A stretch of DNA of 63,996 bases, the filler included, from Octopus bimaculoides (taxonomy: Eukaryota): NCBI RefSeq assembly GCF_001194135.2. It is 6 parts of 6 records of this genome, joined end to end, with 100 filler letters (N's around TTAATTAATTAA, not from the genome) between each part and the next. Parts side by side here need not be neighbours in the genome. Positions count along the whole stretch, not along the records: positions 31,589 to 52,095 come from NC_068995.1; 5 more parts are not named here. The stretch is one strand, 5' to 3'. Of the stretch, positions 38,677 through 51,835 are shown piece after piece. Made by a program: the position numbers and the translations under genes. Position 1 is the stretch's first letter. Each line of letters begins with the position of its first letter. Below the pieces are notes generated by a model, which had not been told where the DNA came from, did no database searches, and saw only the letters and a program-made list of their open reading frames with translations.

Positions 38677-40640
38677 TGGCGGTGTTGCAATAACAATATT
38701 AATACTGTCACATCACCTTGACAGAAACATGGACTTTATTTCACTATTGTTGTTGTTCACTCCTTAGCTAACCCAAACTGAACTGACCCATGATATAAAG
38801 TATTCCAGCCGTGACCATATTGGTTTTTTTATGTTTTTTTAAAATATCTATGACTACATTTACTTTTGGATCCTTGCTGTTTCTTTTTAAAGGATTGACT
38901 AGTGTACGATTTGACGGAGATTTGATTGTTATTTTTAACAGTTTGAAAATCCCCTTAGCTGGCTCAATAGACCTCACTGTTGTTCTTTGATCCCAGGTCA
39001 GCTGTGATCAAGCAGACCTGTCATCAAAATGCATTCCAACCGTGACTATCATTTACTGTTTCTTTTTCTTTCTGCTTTTTATTTTCTCATGTTCAGATTG
39101 TGTCCAACGTGATGTTCATTGTTCTTCTTTTAAAGGCAGTACGATGTAATTTGTGGGACATTTTACTGCTACTTTTAACAGATTAACTACGGAAAGGTTC
39201 CCTGTCTACCTCGTAAGACACACTTTCTTGTTATATCAGGTGCAACATTTAATTGCTTTGTTTTGATTCGTTTTTTTCTTTCTTTTCTTTTTCTTGCTCT
39301 CTATATTACATATACCAATATCCTTGAATTTTCCAGAGGAACCCGAAAGTATTCCTGGGAAATTTTTTCTATATCTGAAGATAATTCTGGAATGGTGGCA
39401 AAATATTTATTCAGGGATCTTATGAAGGCGTAAAGTCTGGATGTAGGTGTTAACATCTGGACACTTGGATCACTCCCATTATGTTTCCTCGCTCAATGTT
39501 AGCTGACTTTAGTTTTAAAGTCATTAAAGTACTTTAGCCATCGCACGAAGACAACGTGATGATCCAGTGATCCAGAGATACCGGAAGGTTAAGGAGCAAT
39601 CCTTAGAATAAGCGATGTATACATCAATTGGATTTCAAATGTAAGTTTAGATTTGTGAGACGCCAAAGGAAACAACGATATTCAGAAAAGACTAAACTGG
39701 AACCAATCAGCAAAAGTATTGGTAGTAGCAATAGGGAAGGGGTGAGGATTTTGAGAACGAGGAGGGTGATAAAAGGAAGTGATGGCGTGAAAGGATACAG
39801 AAGAGACGGAAGTAAAAATCGGAAGTCTCGCGTTAGAAAAGTAAGAAGAATTTTTTTAAAAAAGATTATCTGTCAATAATGTTTCATAGCTGGGCTTCAC
39901 TGAACGTTTTAAATATCTACTGGAGTCGAACTGTGCCATTGAGCCAGAGGGAAGCGGGGATGTTTAAAGGGAAGTAGAAGAGTGAGGTAGAGAATATGGA
40001 GGAAGGAAGGAAGGAAGAAAGGAAGGAAGGAGAAGGAGAATAAAAGGGGTGAAAGTAAAGCGATGGGAAGGGGCAGAAGAGGGTTTAGGGTTAAGGGGAT
40101 GGGTCGTGACTATCAGCTTTATCAAACTATCACCTTTCATATGCTTCATATAAACAGTGAAGTCACTAAGGTTTGCAAAGATGATGGCGGCGGCGGCGGC
40201 GGCAACAGTGATAGTGGCGTTGTTGTTGGCGGTTGTGGTAATTACGGGAGTGGAGGGAGTCGAAAAGTAGACATTTTTTTATGTGGCGGGCTCGGACCGG
40301 GGAGTGGATAGAAGAAAAATGGGCGGGGTGTGCTAAGTGTCTGAAAGGTGAATGGGTGGAAGGAGGGGATAGGTAAATGGGTAGATGGAATAGATGGGAG
40401 GATGCAGTCTGAAAATGGGGGTCGCCGGATAAAGAAAGAAGACACTAATCTCAAACGTACACATATGTGTGCGTATATGTATGTCTGTCTGTCTGTATGT
40501 ATGTATGTATGTGTACGTGTATGTATGTAAGTATGTATGTGTGTATATATACTGTGTTCATTTATATATATTTAGATATGTATGTGTATGTGTGCATTTA
40601 TGTATTAGTATATATTCATGACACTAATAGGCACAGACTT

Positions 40641-40707
<67 letters not shown>

Positions 40708-41083
40708 CATATGTATGTATACCTGTAATACAATCGCTATTCATTTGAAGTTGTTTTAAGTCCAAAGTACACAGTAAAAGGCTTTAGAGCAAAAAGTACT
40801 GGGATCTAGTTTCTTTTTCATTCGCAAAATATGCATTTTTTAAAAAGAAGTAAAAAATCTGAAAATCGGCTATAATAATGTAGCCTTCCAATCTCATTAC
40901 TTTGAAGGTTTGATGTTGTGGAGTAAAAAAAATGGAGGAAAAAGTTACAGAGGTTTAAAAATCGAAAAAGAAAAAAAAATGGGTATTTTTAGCCAATATC
41001 GAGACAGAAATTTTCTGCGTTTAGCGAAGTAGTGTCAACTTTGTTGTACCCGGTGAATTTTTTTTGGTTTAGTGTCTGAACTG

Positions 41084-41185
41084 TTCATTGCAGGTTTCTA
41101 AATAAACAGAAATACCTAATTTCATTGTAGGTTTCTAAATAAACAGAAATACCTAATTTCATTGTAGGTTTCTAAATAAACAGAA
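41084..41185. repeat. 37-bp tandem repeat, about 2.8 copies
   Basis: Unit TTCATTGTAGGTTTCTAAATAAACAGAAATACCTAAT. Confidence 0.95.
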
Positions 41186-42499
41186 GTCTCTTCATTGATT
41201 GTATGTTTTTATCACTTTTTAAATTTTATTATATTAATATATATGTCTTCATGTATTTACTTTGTGCGAATTTCAGTAATATGTATACCTGCCATGTATC
41301 TATGTACATCGTTAATATATAAGTGCGCGCGCGAGTGAAAATGGGGCGTCTGTCTCCAAAACTCCAAAGTTGAGTAATGTTTTCATGCTTGGATTTGTAA
41401 ACTACGATAAAAATAACACCGGTCAACAAAGAATTTGTCCCAAGGAAAAGAATACCTGTGTCTTATATGTTTTTGCATGCAGAATTCAAAAATAATCTCA
41501 AATTATCTGTATCGCCCACAGTTTCTCTGTTCCACGATATCCCTCTCAGTTCCTGTTACGTGGCCTAGATTTCAGTTAAGCTGTTGAAATGTGAAGCTAA
41601 CGGTTTAAGAAATATTTCTAATTTAAATTTTTATGAATAGAATTAAAATCCAGAGTTAATGAGTCCCAAAAATATATGAAATGAAAAATATGTAAAAATA
41701 CTAAGTGTGAAAAATCAACATAGACAACAGCGACACAGACAACAGTGAACCACAACACAGCGTGCGGTTGTCATGGTAACAAGTTGCTAATGCCGCACTG
41801 TCTGTTGATTGGCTAAAATTACCCAAATTTCCCAACTTTAATTCCAAATAACATCAGATTCTTTGATTTACGAGATAAAGTAATTGGTTGATCGTAATCA
41901 AAATTCAGAGTTGCATCGATACACCAAAATTGAAAGCAATCTGAGCAAAATTATGGGGGGGTCTCATTTTGCGAATGAGAAAGACTGGATCCAAGTACTG
42001 CAATGTAATCAACAAGGACACGAGTTCTGAGGGAGATGGCTAGGATCCTAATACAAGAGATTCCTTGATAATCAAAGATCTTCTCTGCTATGTCGGGGAG
42101 GGGGGGGGCTAAACCCGTGGTTATGATTAATACAGTGGACAGTGTAATTATTGTTATACAAAAAGACTGGATGATCACGACTGGAAAGCTTTTGGTTAGA
42201 TGTTCCCTCGCGTAGAGGTGACTCGATCCTGATCAACAACGGCAACAGCTGAAAGATATACGAGGATTAACCGTAGTCAGAGTAGTAAACAGGAAAAGCT
42301 CTTTCATCTCTCTCTCTCTCACTCTCTCTCTCTCTCTCTCACCCCAAACACACGGAGGAGAGAGAGAGTGAAAAGGAGAGAGAGTAAGAGGAAGAGAGAG
42401 AATGTGTTTCTCTGAGTGCTCACGCGTGTGTGTGTATGTGTGTGTGTGTGTGCCTTTGTGTGTATGTGTAAATATTTTCATTGACATCTTTTTAAAATA

Positions 42500-42885
42500 T
42501 TTTTTCTTCTTTCAATCATTAGACTGCGGCCATGCTGGGGCATCGCCTTGAAGAATTTTACTCGAATGAATCGACCCCAGTACTTATTATTCTTTGTAAA
42601 GCCTTGTACATATTTTATCGATCTCTTCTGGAGAAATGCTAAGTTATGGGAACATAAGCACATCAACACAGGTTGTGGGGAACAAACACAGACACAAAGG
42701 CGCACACACACACACACATATACATACATACTCCGGGTTTTTTCAGTTTCCGTTTACCAAATCCACGCCCAAGGCTTTGGTCAGTCCAAGGCTTATTGTA
42801 GAAGACATTTGTCCAAGCTGCCAAGCACTGAGACTGAACCCGGGACCATGTGGCTGGAAAGTAAACTTCTTATCACTCAGCCTTG
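42500..42885 (-). mobile_element. tRNA-derived SINE family B
   Basis: Reverse-complement homologue of 33396-33797. Confidence 0.85.
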
Positions 42886-43008
42886 TGTAATCAGTTGTGG
42901 ACGTTATTATCAGAGGAAACTAATGATATTCTGCAACGGCAAAAGTAACAGAAAACGTTGAAACAATGGAATAAGTTTTATGACAATAGAAAAAAGGTGT
43001 TATTCACA

Positions 43009-43047
<39 letters not shown>

Positions 43048-43614
43048 GGGAGAGAAAGATGCTAGCAATATGACACTATTATCATGTATATATGTATGTG
43101 TATATATGTATATATATATATATAGCTATACATATATTCAATGTCTGTGTGTGTATGGGTGGGTGTGAGTGTGTGTATATGTGTGTGTACTTGCGCGCGC
43201 GTACACTCACACATATAGACATTACTACTGCATAATTCGGGTCATATTAAATAAATGCGTATATATCACTCTAGAAAAATATGATATTTAATTATATGTA
43301 TACCAAATACTCGATAAAATTGATTAGAAGTTCTTTATCCCATTTAAGATGCATATGACCGCAGCCACTTGGCTGAAACACATAAATAAATATGTGCGCA
43401 GGTATGCGTTTAGGTTATAATAGTCTTTTCTTTCCACAACGTGTCGTTATCTCTACATTCTCTGTAGTGATATAAATTGTTGCTATATGTGTTTACCTAT
43501 TCATTTGGGAATAATTTAATCCATGGATCCACATTCTGTAAGTCGAATATGTTTCACCTAGGCCGAAGGTGTTTCCCCGGGCATTTGCCAGGGTCTTATA
43601 GGCAAGTATAGTCA

Positions 43615-44007
43615 TATCCTTTTACTGGTTTCAGTCAGACTGCGGCCATGCTGGGCACCACCTTGAAGAATTTTCTTTTAGTCGAATGAATCGACTCGAA
43701 TACTTTTCTTAAGCCTGGTACTTATTCTATCCGTTAGTTTTGCCGAACGGCTAAGTTACTGGGATGTAAACACACTAACACAGTTGTGAAACGGTGGTGG
43801 GGGAGAAAACACAGACACAAAGATATACACGCACATATGTATATATACGATGGACTTCCTTCAGTTTCCGTCTACTAAATCTACTCACAAGGCTTTGGTC
43901 GGCCTGAAGCTAAAGCGGAAGACACTTTCCCAAGGTACCAATGAGACCAAACCCGGAACCACGTGGTTGGGAAACAAGCTTCTTACTACATAGCCACACT
44001 TGCGCCT
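43615..44007 (-). mobile_element. tRNA-derived SINE family B
   Basis: Reverse-complement homologue of 33396-33797. Confidence 0.85.
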
Positions 44008-44804
44008 GAATACAACATAATCATTACTGTATGAGACCTTTTTTCATAACAGCTGATCTTGGGTATTGTTGTGGTGTTTATCTATTCTACAGTGCGATGT
44101 GTTGTAAGTTGTACCGTTGGCTAGAAGGCTGTTTCATGTGTTTCTATATGTGTATGCGATGGCAGGCTTGCATTTTGAGAGGCCTGAAGTTTGGACTGTT
44201 ATGAGGGCCCCTTTGCAGCTAGCAACAAAAGAGCAACGTCCAACAAGATCTGAAAAACTTTGCTACCCATGTAAGGACTTGAGGCCCAAAACACGTAGAT
44301 TGGAGTGACTGGATGAGCTCCTTGAAAATGAAGTCATACTGTGAACCCTCACTTATTAGTTTCGGCCTCTGAGTAACTGCTGTTATTTCTTCGAATGCAT
44401 TTGTTTCATAACAGATCTCTGCATGTCTCAGTTTTTTTTTTTAAATTACTGTACTGGGTTATCTCACATGTCAAAGTCACTGATGTGAATAAAATTTTCC
44501 AATACCTTAACATATATAGCTTTCGAGCTATGGTGAGGTGAAAATTGAGGATTTTTTATGTACATACTTGATGCATCATAGACTGACGGAAAAAAAGAAA
44601 AAAAACATAGCGAGGGAGAGAGGTAATACTTTTATACTTTAATAAACATCTATGGCAATATGGCAATCTATACGGCGTGAAGTACATGTTATAAAATACA
44701 TTTTTGTTTGCGTTTTTTTCCCTAACATATCCACACAAGGGGTTTGTCATATGAGAGCTTTCTTGAAATGTCATTTTCTAAAGTCTATATTAACAATCTT
44801 TTTT

Positions 44805-45012
44805 CCAATATTGATAAAAGGTCTCAAATTTGTGGGCAGGGAGTTAGTCGATTACATTGGCCCCACTGCTCAACTGGTACCTATTTTATCGACCCCGAGA
44901 GGATGAAAGCAAGGTCAGCCTCGGCGGAATTTGAACTCCGAACGTAAAGCCGGATGAAATGCCGCGAGGCATTTTTCCCAGCGTGTTAAAGATTCTGTCA
45001 GCCCGCCACCTT
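44805..45012 (-). mobile_element. tRNA-derived SINE family A (first of a tandem pair)
   Basis: Family A core, with head AAGGTGGCGGGCTGACAGAATC on minus. Confidence 0.85.
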
Positions 45013-45029
45013 AGAGTAAATATTGATTT

Positions 45030-45238
45030 AAAATTTTGACACAAGGCCAGCAATTTCGGGGAAGGGAATAAGTCGATTACGTCGACCCTAGTGTTCAACT
45101 GGTACTTATTTTATCGATTCAGAAAGGATGAAAGGCAAAGTCGGTCTTGGCGGAATTGGAATTCAGAACTTAAAGACGGATGAGATGCCGGTAAGCATTT
45201 TACCCGGCATGCTCACAATTCCGCCAGCTCGCCGCCTT
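45030..45238 (-). mobile_element. tRNA-derived SINE family A (second of a tandem pair)
   Basis: Family A core, with head AAGGCGGCGAGCTGGCGGAAT on minus. Confidence 0.85.
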
Positions 45239-45882
45239 AGAGTTAATATCAATTGTTAATTCGAATGCACTTCAGATTGGTAGACATTTAGAAAAATGGA
45301 TAGATATTAATTCATTTACATTAGTGTACTGTATTTTATAGAACTGTTTCTGTTTCGGCTTTTGCTATTGTTGTTGCTGGTGTTATTGTTGTTGTTCTTC
45401 TTCCCCTTCTTCTTCTTCATTTTCTTCTTCTTCTTTTTCTTCTTTTTCTTTTCTTTCTTTCTTCCTTTCCTTCTTTTTTTACATTTATTGCCAGTATTTT
45501 CGAATCTGGAGAATTTTGCTTCTTTTGGTCTCAGTACAGTAATATTTACTTATTTGTTTGTTTTCGTTCTTTCTTTTTGTCTTGGAAAAAAGTAAAATTA
45601 AGATTACCAAATAACATGTTTGGTGAGGATTTTTTATAAAGACTACTAAATCTGAAAGTGCAGAAAAATTCACTAATAAAAAATCGGTCGCCTCTACACT
45701 CCCACCCTCTGGGTCTTTGAAATTTAAGCTTCGTTAGTTTTAGAGTAAACTCGCATATGTCTGTGTATTACTTGCATGTGTGTGTGTGAATATTGTTCTG
45801 GTGTTACTGTAAATATAGTTAAGTGTAGTGAGTGTAGTTATTAGCAAAAAACTGCTCCGGTTTTTAATTTTATTGTGTAAGC

Positions 45883-46532
45883 CTTATACCGCGGTACTAC
45901 GGACCTTCCTTTAACGGATTTCGGAAGCAGCAGACAAAATGACTGTATGATTTTCTGTATGATTCGAATTGGTGCACTTCGAATATTTTTCTTAAAATTC
46001 ATCACTTTTCAAACGACACCTCATTTGGTTTCTGTAACTCAGTATCAACTGGTTAGTTTATGTCTGAGGTTGTTGTTGTTGGTGTTGTTGATGGTGATGG
46101 TTATGATTGTGGCGGTGGCTGTGGCAGCGTGTTAGTTGAAATCCCACATTGACATGGTTACAGGTCCTTAGTACACTCATACCTCGGTACTATGGACACC
46201 ACTAAAAGCGGGGAACATCGGTCCGATGAAGCCGATTGTCCATAGATACCGATACTATGATTAGGTTACGTTAGGAGTGGCTAATATCAACCGTTACATT
46301 ATGAAAGACAGAGGAATAAACACAGTATTGTACTTTTAATCAAGCACACTATCCAGTCTGACTGTGTAAAATACCTGTACGCTGTAAATTTACGCAAAAT
46401 GCAGTAAATTCAACATTTTTGATTTAAAATCAGATTTACCATAGGTGGGGAAGAGGTGTTGTTGAAATGCCGTCATTTTGTCTGCTGCTTCCGAAATCCG
46501 TTAAAGGAAGGTCCGTAGTACCGCGGTATAAG
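45883..46532. mobile_element. Non-autonomous DNA transposon (MITE) with 61-bp perfect terminal inverted repeats
   Basis: 45883-45943 is the exact reverse complement of 46472-46532. The interior is non-coding. TA (or TATA) lies immediately outside CCGCGG at both ends. Confidence 0.88.
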
Positions 46533-46879
46533 TGTATATCAATTATATATGAGTTTGTCCTGATAGCAGGCAATAATAATTAATGTGTCTCCACCACTAA
46601 TTAGAGATTTAATGACATTTTTTTCTTATTGATGGGTCATTCCTTTTGCATGTTTAAACATATACTACTTCTCAGGATTTTATTGTTGTTATAGTAAAAC
46701 TTTTGATTATATTATTTTAGCTGACATATGGTCAATAGTATTCCAACTATGACCGTTTTTCTCTCATGGAATGTGTATCTGCTCATTATCCAACATGCCA
46801 TAACCACCGAGAGCCTGGAACCTTACATTTTCGAGATTTTGGTAAAATTGTCTTCGAGGTATCATCCTACAGCAGATGC

Positions 46880-47000
46880 AACTCATTTTCAACTGGTATA
46901 ATCTGAAATGAAATGCCTTGCCCAAGGACACAATGCACTGCCCGATCCCGGAATCGAATCCACGACTTTACTACCATGAGCTCAACAGCCTAACTACAAG
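46880..47000 (-). mobile_element. tRNA-derived SINE family C head fragment
   Basis: Minus strand resembles 54303-54430 (GGATTCGATTCC B-box-like motif; GTGTCCTTGGGCAAGGCATTTCATTTC). Confidence 0.6.
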
Positions 47001-47726
47001 TTGTGTAATTAAGACTACATTATCCAGTGTCTCTTTTTAGGCAGGGTAATATTTGGCTTCTTTTTATAGTAGTTCAAGTGACTGCGTAAAGGCTCCCTTG
47101 ATTGTCCGTGAGATTTCTTCTATGCTGTGATATGGTGTTCTTTTATCTTTAACAAAAATATCAGCACCTATTTCAGAACAGGACTGTTTTGTTTATCAAA
47201 ATATTTTTAATGAATTTATTTAAATGGCTGCTATTTACACTGCCCCAGTTGCTGCAGTTCATAAATATATTGGGCTAAGAATATCCCGAGTCAAATAGTA
47301 ATTAAAAGGTTTTCATTTTAAGATGTATATTTGCGCATCTATATGTTTAGGGTATAGTTTCCTATTATGTATATACATGTGTCTATATAATATTCTCTTT
47401 CGTGCCATGGCAACATCACCAACTGTATTCAACCAACATTTACAAATAGAAGCAATACAGGTAATAAAACTAATTTACAAATTCATTTCCCTTAATGAAT
47501 CCTTTTAATGAATCTTCAGTTGAAGTCAGTTTAGAACTTGTTGAGCTGGTTTCTGTCCACTTTCATACAATTAAAAAGAAAGCTCATGCATCGTGGTTCC
47601 CTCGTCTTCCGAAACTATAACAACAAAACATGCATGTATAAATTCAAAGAAATATCGAGTGTGAAGCAGAATTCCTCTATTTAGGTAAAATTGGTGTAGG
47701 GAGCAAACAATTCCGAATAGTGTATT

Positions 47727-48128
47727 TATCTTTTATCTTCTACTTGTTTAAATCATTGGACTGTGGCAATGCCGGAGTACCGCCTTGAAGAATTTTAGTC
47801 GAACGAATTGATCCCAGCACTTATTTTTTGTTGTTTTTTGTTTTTGATTTTTTTAAACCATGGTGCTTATTCTATCGGTTTCTTTTGCCGTAAACATACC
47901 AGCACCGGTTGTCAAATCGTGGTGGCGAACAACTACAAACACAACGACACACACACACACTCACGACGGGCTTCTTTCAGTTTCTGTCCACCAAATCCAC
48001 TCACAAGGTTTTGGTCGGTCCGACGCTGTAGTAAAAGACATATCTCCAAGGTGCCACACAGTGGAACTGAACCCAGAACCATGTGGTTGGGAAGCAAACT
48101 TCTTACTGCACAACCACGCCTGCGCCTA
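47727..48128 (-). mobile_element. tRNA-derived SINE family B
   Basis: Reverse-complement homologue of 33396-33797. Confidence 0.87.
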
Positions 48129-48299
48129 CTTACCCCACAGGCATGCCTGTGCCTATTTGTCAATATTTTTTCCGGTGCTTACATCCTGCAAGGTAACATG
48201 ATCATCTCTTAAACTACTTTTCAATGTTCCCGGGTCCTGTTTTAAAAAGACCCATCAAACGAATGGAATCAACCGTTAGACCAGTGAATGAGTAGTAAT

Positions 48300-49100
48300 C
48301 TATAACTACTTCAAACGAACCATCTGGAATCTGTCTGGGCAAGGAAACTCTCATACTGATATTGAGAAATATTCATCGTCAATGCAGATTTCTATAAAGA
48401 ACGATGAAGTCACGATAGAAACCCACAAGAATAATAATTACTGTTTATTGACTTCGGTTCAGCATTCACTGCTAACTTGCCTACCAACTTGATTTAAAAT
48501 TCCGAAATCCAGGTTTCGTCATTCCAAAATGCGACTAGATTTTGAATTTTCTAATTTAACAAATTTAAATATGTCCAGCTTTGGATCTATATCTCTTCCT
48601 ATATTATCCAGGACAGCGGATCCCTTTAGTCTACAATCATTTCATTTATGAATGAATTTCTGTCTACGGTTCCAACAAAATCATAAAAATTTCCAGACAT
48701 CACAACTTTAATAGATCTGGTCAAAACTACTTGTTCGTAAGAATACAGTAGAGACGAACAGAGATTAGCGATACGTTATGCTGATTAAAACCTGGCACTG
48801 AACATGAGAGTCTAGGAAACTAAGGAAATTTATGCAAGTTTTGTAAGAGAATGTTTGGTGCTTCAAATTCTTTGGTGTTTACCTTAGGGAGGATATCTTA
48901 TGGTCCTGCAATATAGTTGCCTCGATGAGACACGCCCAGCAGCAAGTAAACTACCTTGGACTATGGATAGCATTTTGACCAACTATATTGAATTATCTAG
49001 CACCCTAAGTGCAGTCCATCCATGGATTAGGGTGATATATAAATATCAGGAGTTTCGTTTGTTTGCAGCGAAGCAAATCTTCAAGACTTGAGTGTCTGGT
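48300..49100 (+). mobile_element. Ancient Rex1/Babar-type (CR1 group) LINE RT relic
   Basis: Frame-broken LFIDFGSAF (cf. LFIDYSSAF), KCD*ILNFL (cf. LCNWILDFL), KFPDITTLIDLV (cf. KFADDTTVVGLI), NLALN..ETKEI, FKFFG..EDILWSCN..AQQQV.YL, in the colinear order expected for this family. Confidence 0.72.
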
Positions 49101-49399
49101 CAAGTGAGAGAAATTTCTTCTAGCTACTCAATATCTCAAAGCAGGTATAAAGAACTATCTCATTCCAGTTTCTAATCATTTCGAAATCACAGAGGTTCAT
49201 TGAGTTTACCTCTAATTTATTAAGCAAATGAATTGAGAAGTGAAAAATGTTTCTCCCTTATAAGAGGGTTTGTTACAAATAACGTTTCTTGTTGAAAAAG
49301 ATACAGATTTCATTGCTGCAAATGAGGAAAAAATACTCGTTATCTTCATTATTTTACAGACTGAATAATAATGAGAGTGGAGCCTACATAAAACTCTGC

Positions 49400-49600
49400 G
49401 CATTTGGTTGCTGAGAGCTAAATGTCTCTAATATGAATCTGAGATAAAGCCTGTGGCTTTCGTTATTCTGACCATAGACACGATATGGGCCAATGTAGAC
49501 TTAACTGTTAAAGGTGAAGTGACCTGAAGCTGAACACAATATAGAGCCATGCAGATGTGGATGTTGAGAGTTATATATCTCTGACGTAGACATGATACAG
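49400..49600 (+). mobile_element. Possible very old RTE-type LINE relic
   Basis: Weak match only: ..TIWA.. followed by MQMWMLR, resembling RTE ETWAL..MRMLRWM. Confidence 0.3.
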
Positions 49601-49893
49601 ATCTCTTTGGACTTGGTTGTTATGTATTGAATACCTCAGTCACAGACCTCAATACTACAGATAAGAGACATATCTCTGACCCAAAGACTGATTGTCTCCT
49701 AAGTGTAGATGTTATTGTGGTCTAACCCCAAGCTAATTCTGATTTAGAAAACACATGATTAAAGACATTCTAGCTGAGAGCTTCCTGTCTTTCCTTTCTT
49801 TTTTCTTTTTCTATTTTTTTTTTCTTTTTTGCAATATGCCCAGTCTTTTTTGAAGTAATAGGAGTTAGAAACGTTAAGTAACAGGTGATCTTC

Positions 49894-49929
<36 letters not shown>

Positions 49930-49984
49930 GGAATAACTTTACATTAAGGAGTGGAACGTACAATTTCTTCTAATTCAGACCGAT

Positions 49985-50190
49985 TCAAGGTCCCAGCAGA
50001 TAAAATGGAAAAGCGTTGCCCAAGGGAGATGAGCAGAAGCAGCCACTCTGACTTACAGGGCTTGCACTCGCGGACAGCCATCTCAAAGCGGTGAGCAAGG
50101 ATATGGTCCGTGGATCAAGAAGGCCGGAGGTCTCTACTGCCATAGGCTCGACCAATGCTATTTCTAGCATTTATAGCGACAATACAGAAT
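49985..50190 (-). mobile_element. CRE-like non-LTR retrotransposon 3' relic (REL endonuclease C-terminus)
   Basis: EPMAVETSGLLDPRTISLLTA, then after a frameshift KSEWLLLLISLGQRFSILSAG. This resembles the P.AVETSG..G....L...E.EWL.QRIS.A..RGNA pattern of CRE-type REL domains. Confidence 0.6.
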
Positions 50191-51782
50191 CTTCCTTGTT
50201 GACACCGCAAGCATAGTAACTAGACTTGGTGGAATAGAGATGCTCTGTCTTGCAAACCATCTTATCGAATCGGCTATACGCGTTATCTAACGACAAGAAG
50301 ATAACATGGGAAATTAAAAACAGAATTTAAGCGCTTTTAACTTCCCATCGTTAGATAAAGTTTTGTAAGTTTCTCTCTCAATCAGTCTTTTATATAGAAA
50401 CATGTGTCACAGACTGTCTGTGTGCACATGACGATCCTTCACTGCAGACGATGTGTGTATATATATATATATATATATATNNNNNNNNNNNNNNNNNNNN
50501 NNNNNNNNNNNNNNNNNNNNNNNNNNNNNNNNNNNNNNNNNNNNNNNNNNNNNNNNNNNNNNNNNNNNNNNNNNNNNNNNNNNNNNNNNNNNNNNNNNNN
50601 NNNNNNNNNNNNNNNNNNNNNNATATATACACATTTCAGTGTATATAGGAGTGGGCTTATATTCATACAGATATACAGACAGAGGTTTGATAGTCATTAA
50701 TTCTTATATTAACACATGAATATGTGTATGCGTGTGCATGTGTATGCATATGTGCATGTAAGTGCACTCCTATATACACTGAAATGTGTACATACATACA
50801 TACATGCACGCATACATACATTCATAAATACACACATACACACACACATGCATATATGTGTGTGGGGGGAATGTGTGTATGTATGTATATATATGTGTGT
50901 GTGTATATATGTATATATATATATGTGTGTGTGTGTACATATTATGTATGCGTATTCATTTATTTGCACGTGTTTGCGCGTGTTCATATGCTTTCTTGTT
51001 TTATTATATTTTTATTGCTGTTTTGTATATTTGTTTTTACAGAACTGCTTAACGGGCAGCCTATTTGTGATCCCCCACCCTCACCCAAATTCTTTTTTTT
51101 TTTTTTGTCGAATATTCCAGAGATAAATATAATTATAGCTACTAGTCGATCTCGATATACGCATACTCCTAGACTTTGATGCAGTTTAATACGCGCCAAA
51201 CACGAAACTCTCGGCTCCCGAATTTCTTCGTAACTTCTGACGATTAAAAAACAAGAAAAAAACATACATATACTAATACACAGGCAAACATACATATATA
51301 CATATACGTATGCATCTCTAGGAGTGTATAACATGTCTTTCATATGCATATAAATGTCTGGAAATATATGTGTATTTGCGTGTATACGTGACAAACTGTG
51401 TACGTGTGTGTGTGTGTATGAGTGTTCGCGCGCGCATACGTTTACTTGTCTCGTTTTTAAAAATTACAATGTTTAATCTTTTTTTATTTCATTTACTTTT
51501 TCTTTCTTCCAATTTTTCTTTTCTCTCTCTTTTCTCTTTTTTCCTCTGTCTTCTCTCTTTTTCTTTCTTTTATTCTCGAAATTTGATATATTTAGATGTA
51601 GAATTATATCTGCCTTTACCATATGTTCATGTTAAAGCTGAATGTTCCTAAATATTAACCAGTGCACATTCCACACTATCTGGACACTCGACTTGTTTAT
51701 TTTTCTACACTTCAACATATTTTCTTTTTTACTCATATTCTATCATTAAAATTATATCCGCTAATAAAATACAACAACAACA

Positions 51783-51832
<50 letters not shown>

Positions 51833-51835
<3 letters not shown>

